Part shown: in pieces, positions 1-5,903 of the stretch | How positions within the stretch are numbered: the first letter of the stretch is position 1 | Layout: each line of letters begins with the position of its first letter | NCBI GenBank assembly: GCA_905331515.1 | Contig: CAJNZC010000789.1 | Coordinates: 22,854-28,756, forward strand | Direction: 5' to 3' | DNA length: 5,903 nt | From: Rotaria sp. | Taxonomy: Eukaryota | Notes under the pieces: generated by a model | The model's input: only the letters and a program-made list of their open reading frames with translations | Database searches by the model: none | What the model was told of the DNA's origin: nothing | Translations under genes and position numbers: made by a program

Positions 1-130
1 CGCTAGATGTTTTTGTCTTTTAGATACACTGTATTGTAGTTTGCGAGATATATGCATTTACATCTTGTGGATATTGCTGCGTGTGGATGGAGACAAGACT
101 TGCTTCACTTGTTCCTTGCTCAACATAAGA

Positions 131-1178
131 AACTGATTTGGCAAAACTTATTCGTCTTTTGCCAACGTCAAAAGTGGTATAGCAAGATGGCAGATGATAT
201 TATTATTATTTGATGGATCAATTTCAGAATAAACCTATTGAGCAACAGTCAATCTCAATGGCCGACCTCCAATAATGAAAATTACATCAAGCACAGATGA
301 TAGACATGAACAATCGACCATAGCAAACTGCAATATAAATAAATATTCATTCAGATCATTGAATGTGTTTTTATAGTGGTAGTTACTGTTGAATTGTAAG
401 TGGGAATCGCCTGTTGAAAGCGTGTAATGTCCGAAAATAGATGTTGTGCGAGAGTTGATAACTGCTTCACAGTCACCATTACACAAATTCAGTGTATCAG
501 CCTTAAGGCTAAACAACATGAAGCAGAACTTTGATAAATATAATTGAGTTTGGTAATAACTTGTTTACCGATTCAATCCAATTTGCCATGCTTGTTCACG
601 TTATTTGGTCACATTAGCATGAATGATTTCACCTTCGGAGAGTTGAGAATCAACACTACCGAAGAAAATCTCTCCGTCTCTTGGATGTTATGGATTCCTA
701 AATTAGTCTTTTTTTTGGCAATAGTGGTCACAAAAATCAATAATTCATAGGGATCAAGCCAAAATGAAACGATTGGTTGATCCATAAGTCTTTGATGCCA
801 AAGACTGACAACAAGTGGTTTCATGTGTTCTCAAGAAAGCGAATAAAATCCTAAACCTAATGAAGCAACATTTTCCAAACGATCACATATCTGCATGGGA
901 AAAATTCAATATTTACTGCAGATACCATTAGATGGAATATTGTTCGAAATACTTGAAAAAGTAATCACAACAACGTAGTGATGTCCAATAGTAAAGAATT
1001 TAGATAGTTGTCATTAGCATATTTGAAAGAGACAAAAAAAAAGAATGTTCTCACTTACCGAAACACTATCGATGCTGATAGGACTTGATATGCTTGTTCC
1101 ATCCATGTAGGTTATCGAAAGTACGTTGCCGTACCGAAGACGTCTGAAGGTTGATGATCTCAATGCATTGAATTTATC
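131..1178 (-). pseudogene. Decayed pepsin/cathepsin-D-like aspartic protease
   Basis: Minus-strand segments in the correct family order: DKFNALRSSTFRRLRYGNVLSITYMDGTSISSPISIDSVS (1178-1059, followed by GTAAGT donor); DRLENVASLGLGFYSLS*EHMKPLVVSLWHQRLMDQPIVSFWLDP (884-750); HPRDGEIFFGSVDSQLSEGEIIHANVTK*REQAWQIGLNR (687-569); GTAAAC...TTTAG intron (568-509); LKADTLNLCNGDCEAVINSRTTSIFG; FAMVDCSCLSSVLDVIFIIGGRPLRLTVAQ* (down to 235); YTTFDVGKRRISFAKSV (181-131). Multiple stops and frame breaks. Confidence 0.87.
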
Positions 1179-1529
1179 AAAAAAACACTATTTACCAGAA
1201 AAAGATAGTACAGTCCTCATCAAATATTCTGGGACGCATAAGAATCACAGTCTGAAATTTTCTCTTCTCACATCGATTAAAGTTTTTATCTATTTTTGTT
1301 TTTTTATGTAAAAGCGAGAAGCTTTGCGTTTGTACAATGGAAAATGAAAGCTTGACCAATAACCGTGCTTACCTTAGATAAAAATTTTAATCAATGTAAG
1401 GAAAAAAATTTTCGAACAGTTATTTTTATATGTCCCACAACTTTTGGCAAGGATTGTATATCACATAATTTTCTCTGAATGTGGATTTTGTCAAAATCAT
1501 TGAAAACAGAATCAAATCATACAGAAATA

Positions 1530-2140
1530 GATCAGCATATCATTCCGGGACTAGTTGATATGGGCTTTGCTGAACAACGAGTACGAAAAGCACTTGAATG
1601 AACGACGTTAGAAAAAAAAGAATCACATAGAAAAATATTTTTATACAAGCTTAATATTTTACTTGTTAAGAAATTATTTAGATGATCTTAGGGTCTACTC
1701 TAAAACCTTGTGAGCAAATGGCAGAGTTCGACAAGTGATCACGCAAACAATACTACCTAGCAATTACTTAAAACAAACTTATGGCTTTCGAACATCCTCC
1801 TATAGACTTACTGTTAGTCTAACAAGTGATCGATGATAATAATGAAGAAAGTCTTGAACCTAATTCAACTATGTTTTGATCTATTATGGAAAATTCAAGT
1901 ATTCAACGAGTACTTAATAATTCAAAAATATTTTTACGTAGATTCTTATGATTTATAATAATTGATGCTATATACATGAAAATTTTCTATTTCGTTATGC
2001 TTCAATTGTATGAAAATTCAAGTTTAATAACAATTTATTTAAATGATTTAGACACGAAAACTAATGATTATTATGAGAGAAATTTATTTTGTAATCCTGC
2101 AAGTCCAAATGAAAATGATACTGACTTAAATCATGTATAA
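1530..2140 (+). pseudogene. Decayed UBAC1-like (UBA plus C-terminal STI1-like) gene relic
   Basis: DQHIIPGLVDMGFAEQRVRKALE*TTLE (1530-1613) reads as a UBA domain. DDNNEESLEPNSTMF*SIMENSSIQRVLNNSKIFL (1832-1936) and MLQLYENSSLITIYLNDLDT (1997-2056) resemble the C-terminus of UBAC1 (recalled as [27 protein letters not shown]...MLENP...MNDPET). In-frame TGA at 1599-1601 and 1877-1879. Confidence 0.62.
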
Positions 2141-2186
2141 TATTTTGTCTTTTTTTGATTTGTTTGTCCTTTTATTTGTTACTATA

Positions 2187-2192
2187 AATAAA
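2187..2192 (+). promoter_or_regulatory. Candidate polyadenylation signal AATAAA downstream of the UBAC1-like relic
   Basis: AATAAA lies 47 nt after the TAA at 2138-2140 and about 240 nt before the PARP4-like ATG. The motif is common by chance in AT-rich DNA. Confidence 0.25.
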
Positions 2193-2428
2193 ATAATCGA
2201 GACACAAACCAACTACTAGGTCATAAACAAATCATTTCATTGACTTGTGCAAGAACAATATTTCTAATATGTAGTGAAAGAACAGAAAAAAAATATGCAT
2301 TAGTCATATTTTTCTCTTTTAGCAGACATATTTTCATATCCCATGTGAGTCACTGAGTGTCTTGTGTAGATTTCTATTTTTTTTCGACAAAAGATATTAA
2401 CGGTATATTCACTCTTAACATAACAACA

Positions 2429-5400
2429 ATGTCATCGTCTTTATCACCATTGAGTGGTAAAACATTTGTACTTGAACTTGCTCGAGATATTCGTTTCAAA
2501 GCTAAACAAGACCTAATCAATTACTTATATGAACAAAATGCTCGTATTTCATATAGTTTAACAGCTAGTGTATGTTTCAATTAATTTCATATAGTTAAAT
2601 ATAATTAAATTTATTTTTCTCTAGACTGATTATGTTTTAGTTTCGAATGATATTGATACCTATAAAACTCGTCGAGCTAAACAGCTTGGTATACCATTGA
2701 TAAATGTTGAATATATTTATGAATATCGTAATTTATCTAAAGAAAATCAATCTATTGATATTAAACAATTTATTGTAACATCAGCAGAAGATAAAGAAAA
2801 TTTTTCAAAAAGTGGTACTATACCTGTCACAGGTTAAAAAGAAAACAAGAAGATTTCATAGTAATTTATAAAAGTTAACTTTGTTTTTTTTTCTCATTGG
2901 TAAAGGAAGTCTTTCAGGTAGTACAACAAAACCTATTAAATTAGACGTATCAAAAATAAAAATTTGGAATTCTGATGATGTTGAATTACCACAATTTGAT
3001 GAATTAACATATGCTGAAATTGGCAAATGGGCAATATTTAAAGTAAATATTTATTTGAAAATAAATTAGATGTTAATTTATTTTTTTTGTGAAATAGGAA
3101 ACAAATGAAAATTCTGATATTTATTTTGTTCTTGAACTTCAAATTATTCCTGAAGAATATAATAATCAAATGAATAATGATTATCGATTAAGATTTCGTT
3201 ATGAAAAACAAACAATAATAAATTCCAAAGGTATAATATCATTAATTCAATATGCATTTAGTAATGATATTAATGAATTACATCAATTATTTGCTTTATA
3301 TTATTATCGTATTGTAACAATGTCACGAATAATACGAATTCGAGATTTATTACCTGATAAATTAGGTTCTAAATTATTATTACGTGTAAGATAAATATAA
3401 ATTTATTTCATTTTTTGATTTTTTTTCTTCGTTACTCGAAATAATTTTTTAGTCATTATTTTTTCATCGTATTGATACACAAATGCTTGATGATAATGTT
3501 TGTCAATTAATTGAATCTCTTTGGATTGAATCAATTGGTGATTTAAATAAAATACTTTCTGTACAACCAGAAACAATTGCTCTTAAAACAGTAGGAAAAA
3601 AAAAACATATATTAAAAAATCTTAATGAATATTTTATATCTATTAGATTATTGAAGCTGAAGCTGCTTTACTTGAAATTAAAGTTGATAGTAAATCATCA
3701 TCAGAAGCTGAAAATTATTTCTATTCATGTATTCCTCATCATAAATCATTTGTTATCGATCTTATAAATAATCGTCGTGCATTAATTGATAAATTAGATT
3801 TATGTCAGGTAGAATATTTTTTTATTTTCATTTCTTTTCCTAATTTTTTTTTTGTTTAAAATTAAGATGTTACGTGATATGGTTACTGTAAATGAATTAA
3901 CAAATTGGAATATAAAAGCATCAATCGAAGCAAAATATCGAGCATTAAAATGTCATATAGAAACAATAAAAAATGATACACATGAATATGCAACAATTAG
4001 TAATATGATTTCTTCATCAACGAATCCGTTTGTATTTTTTTCCGTCATTAATTAACATAAAATGAATTTAAGAAAAGTTTTTTTTTTACAGAAATGAACG
4101 AGTAATTATTCATCAAATTTATAGTGTAGCTAAACAAACAGATGTACTTAATTTTCGTTCAACACTTTTTAATCAAAAACAACTTTTTCATGGATCAAAA
4201 TATAATAATTTTCTTGGTATTTTATCACGGTAAATTAATCGAACAACAATAAAAAAAAGAAAAATCGTTTTTTTTTATTTGAACTTTTTCTTATTTTAGT
4301 GGTCTTCTTTTGCCAAAAGTGGTTGTTGATGATTTAGGAATTACACGTACTGATATTGGATGTTTAGGATATGGACTTTATTTTTCCGATTCAGGTTCAA
4401 CATCATTAAAATATACAACATCAAGTATAACACGTCCTGGTCGTCGGTTATTATGTATATCTCAAGTAGCATTAGGAAAATCAGCAAAATTCTATTCATA
4501 TACACCAAATTTAATTGAACCACCTGAAAATTTTCATAGTACACATGGTGTAAAGAAGACTGATGAAAATAATTCAAAGTTTACAGTGAGAATAAATAGA
4601 TTTTTCAATTAGATTTCTCTAATTATGTTTATTTAGGATGATGAATATGTTATTTATAATCTTGATCAACAACGATTACTCTATATTGTTGAACTTTCAT
4701 GGATACCACATGATAAAATGATGGATCAATCACTAACATTATTACCTATTATTCGTGATCCTTTAATAAATCAATCAAAATCTTTGTCAGATGAAGGTAA
4801 TCGGTTTTTTTTTCGAATCAAATCACAGATGAATCCTATATTCATATTGATATTTAGTTCTAGTTCTCTTCAATTAACTGTAATTGTAATATATATTAAC
4901 TACTAGATAGACGTTTATCGTCTTCCCAGGCGTAGTTCGATGATTTCAAAAACCTGGAATAGGAACTATTAAATTATCTGATAGAAACAAAAATTCTTAT
5001 ATCCATATGAAAAAATCTTCGTTTTTAAGATAAAAGATTTTAGTATACATGTATAATATTATTTTGAATCTCTATCTGATACTTTGATTCCGAATTGATC
5101 AAATCAAATATAAATTCTATTTATGAATTTTTATCAATTAAAATAAAGTAAGATTTTGATAAGCTTTAGAAAATTATTGCACAAGAAGCATGACCTATAA
5201 ATATATAGACGTGAGCAATAAAATTTATTCTATCTTGTAGAGCATTCATCCATCAAGATACTAACATATGGTGAGAAAATTTATTCTTAGAGCTGCATAT
5301 CAGAGAATATAGCTAGTTCAGATTCTGTTTCACTATTCTCTAGAATCATGTAAATTCTAAGCGGATGAATATAAGACATGCTCGCTTATTATCTCATGTT

Positions 5401-5896
5401 TATTTTAGTGAATATTCCTTCCACAATTGAAGATGAAGTAATTCAAGTAGTAGAACAAGATTATGGTTTAATTTGTCCATCATCAGGTCAACTTATTCCA
5501 CTTAAATCTTTTCATATTCGTGCTCAACTTATTGATGTTACTGCTGAAGTAAATTTAAAAAAAAGAAATGAAATTCTTTATAAATTACTTTAGGTTGTTC
5601 TTTATCAAGTTTATTATAATACAAGTTCAATTCCAATTGAAGCTAAATATGTCTTTCCTCTTGATGAAAATTCTTCTGTTTGTGGTTTTGAAGCTTATAT
5701 TAATAATAAAATAATTAAAGGTGTTGTTAAAGAAAAAGAACAAGCTAAACGTGAATATCGTGAAGCTATTGAAAAAGGTCATGGTGCATATTTAATGCAT
5801 CAAGAACAACCTGAAATATTTAGTGTATCTGTTGGTAATTTACCAGCTAATTGTGAAGTGATAATTAAAATAACATATGTTGCTGAATTATCTATT
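2429..5896 (+). CDS. PARP4: Multi-exon PARP4 / vault poly(ADP-ribose) polymerase-like protein (3' part lies beyond the window or is truncated)
   Basis: Spliced model join(2429..2569,2625..2832,2918..3042,3098..3385,3453..3590,3647..3808,3867..4027,4092..4229,4300..4585,4637..4796,5409..5548,5594..5896). All introns are GT..AG and all junctions keep frame. Diagnostic peptides: GKTFVLELARDIRFKAKQDLINYLYEQNARISYSLTAS|TDYVLVSNDIDTYKTRRAKQLGIPLINVEYIYEY (BRCT-like), VCQLIESLWIESIGDLNKIL, LIDKLDLCQMLRDMVTVNEL, AKYRALKCHIE, LFHGSKYNNFLGILSRGLLLPKVVVDDLGITRTDIGCLGYGLYFSDSGSTSLKY, DDEYVIYNLDQQRLLYIVELSW, IPIEAKYVFPLDENSSVCGFEAYINNKIIKGVVKEKEQAKREYREAIEKGHGAYLMHQEQPEIFSVSVGNLPANCEVIIKITYVAELSI. Order and motifs match the recalled vertebrate PARP4 pattern. 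Confidence 0.93.
2453..2745 (+). other. N-terminal BRCT-like domain split by a 55-nt intron (2570-2624)
   Basis: The splice joins ...ARISYSLTAS to TDYVLVSNDIDTYKTRRAKQLGIPLINVEYIYEY, giving the BRCT pattern of beta strand, 'TDYVL/THIIL', then helix plus 'NVEYIYEY/NPDFIW'. Confidence 0.8.
2918..3385 (+). other. WGR-like / linker region between the BRCT-like and PARP regulatory domains
   Basis: VELPQFDELTYAEIGKWAIFK|ETNENSDIYFVLELQIIPEE...YRLRFRYEKQTIINSKG resembles the equivalent PARP4 stretch by position and spacing. Exons 2918-3042 and 3098-3385. Confidence 0.5.
3486..4010 (+). other. PARP alpha-helical regulatory domain
   Basis: Exons 3453-3590, 3647-3808 and 3867-4027: DDNVCQLIESLWIESIGDLNKILSV...EAEAALLEIKVD...YFYSCIPHHK...LIDKLDLCQMLRDMVTVNEL...SIEAKYRALKCHIETI. 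Matches the recalled PARP4 segment (DLVEMIWAEALG...ADLCQLIRDMVNVCE...AKYRALRCKIE). Confidence 0.82.
4177..4720 (+). other. PARP (ADP-ribosyltransferase) catalytic domain with a conserved H-Y-E triad
   Basis: His in 'FHGS' (codon 4189-4191), Tyr in 'GYGLYFSD' (codon 4379-4381), Glu in 'DDEYVIY' (codon 4643-4645), plus the PARP4-like 'GILSRGLLLPKVV', 'RTDIGCLGYG' and 'ALGK...HGVKKT' motifs. Confidence 0.93.
4797..5408 (+). other. Long intron (612 nt) of the PARP4-like gene
   Basis: Donor GTAATC at 4797 and acceptor TTTTAG ending at 5408 give phase-1 joining (SLSDE-V-NIPSTIEDEVIQ). The other ten introns are 45-85 nt. Confidence 0.75.
5445..5896 (+). other. VIT (vault protein inter-alpha-trypsin) domain, 5' portion
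   Basis: SSGQLIPLKSFHIRAQLIDVTAE|VVLYQVYYNTSSIPIEAKYVFPLDENSSVCGFEAYINNKIIKGVVKEKEQAKREYREAIEKGHGAYLMHQEQPEIFSVSVGNLPANCEVIIKITYVAELSI. 'PIEAKYVFPLD', 'VCGFEA', 'GHGAYL' and 'VSVGNLP' are hallmark VIT motifs. Spliced over the 5549-5593 intron. Confidence 0.93.
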
Positions 5897-5903
5897 TGAA
5901 GTA

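Noticed and set aside
544-750. Plus-strand 68-aa ORF (MSLVITCLPIQSNL...)
   Set aside because: Antisense to the protease C-lobe segments and without recognisable protein features.
1126-1311. Plus-strand 61-aa ORF (MPYRRRLKVDDLNALNLSKK...)
   Set aside because: It is mainly antisense to the recognisable aspartic-protease segment (minus 1178-1059) and shows no family motif of its own.
1731-1825. Direct repeat of ACAAGTGATC near 1732 and near 1822
   Set aside because: Only 10 bp and two copies in AT-rich relic DNA, with no supporting structure. Not a CRISPR or an obvious duplication.
2140-2428. Core promoter elements for the PARP4-like gene
   Set aside because: Several TATA-like strings occur, but in such AT-rich sequence none stands out enough to call without transcription-start data.
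4341-4577. Minus-strand 78-aa ORF
   Set aside because: Antisense to the PARP catalytic exon 4300-4585, whose plus-strand translation is clearly the real protein.
4797-4906. Continuation of ORF 4718-4906 as protein (GNRFFFRIKSQMNPIFILIFSSSS...)
   Set aside because: A GTAATC donor at 4797 and in-frame rejoining at 5409 give a PARP4-like linker. The read-through peptide is low complexity and lacks similarity.
831-5899. Possible alternative genetic code with TGA as a sense codon (TGA at 831-833, 1599-1601, 1877-1879 and 5897-5899)
   Set aside because: Three of these lie in relics that also show TAA/TAG stops or frame breaks. The long PARP4 reading frame uses TGG for Trp and shows no internal TGA until the very end, so decay or error is simpler.
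1-5903. Search for a CRISPR array, toxin-antitoxin, phage-defence operon, tRNA or rRNA
   Set aside because: No regularly spaced repeats, no operon-like long ORFs and no cloverleaf or rRNA-like segments were seen. Intron-rich coding and animal-type domain combinations point to eukaryotic DNA.

Overview
The window looks like AT-rich eukaryotic (probably invertebrate) genomic DNA, not prokaryotic DNA. The best-supported feature is a plus-strand, multi-exon gene encoding a PARP4 / vault-PARP-like protein. I can reconstruct it in one consistent reading frame across 12 exons and 11 GT-AG introns, from the ATG at 2429 to 5896. Its order is N-terminal BRCT-like domain, WGR-like/linker region, PARP helical regulatory domain, PARP catalytic domain with H-Y-E preserved, then a VIT domain cut off by the window end or by an in-frame TGA at 5897-5899. 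Ten introns are 45-85 nt. One, between the catalytic and VIT regions, is 612 nt and may carry an insertion. Upstream are two decayed gene relics not evident from the ORF track. One is a minus-strand pepsin/cathepsin-D-like aspartic protease (about 131-1178) with several in-frame stops, frame breaks and a second active-site motif changed to Asn-Ser-Arg. The other is a plus-strand UBAC1-like relic (about 1530-2140) with a UBA fragment and a C-terminal STI1-like fragment, both interrupted by stops. I saw no CRISPR array, RNA gene, or convincing transposon or prokaryotic defence system. Family assignments come from recalled protein motifs, not from a database search.
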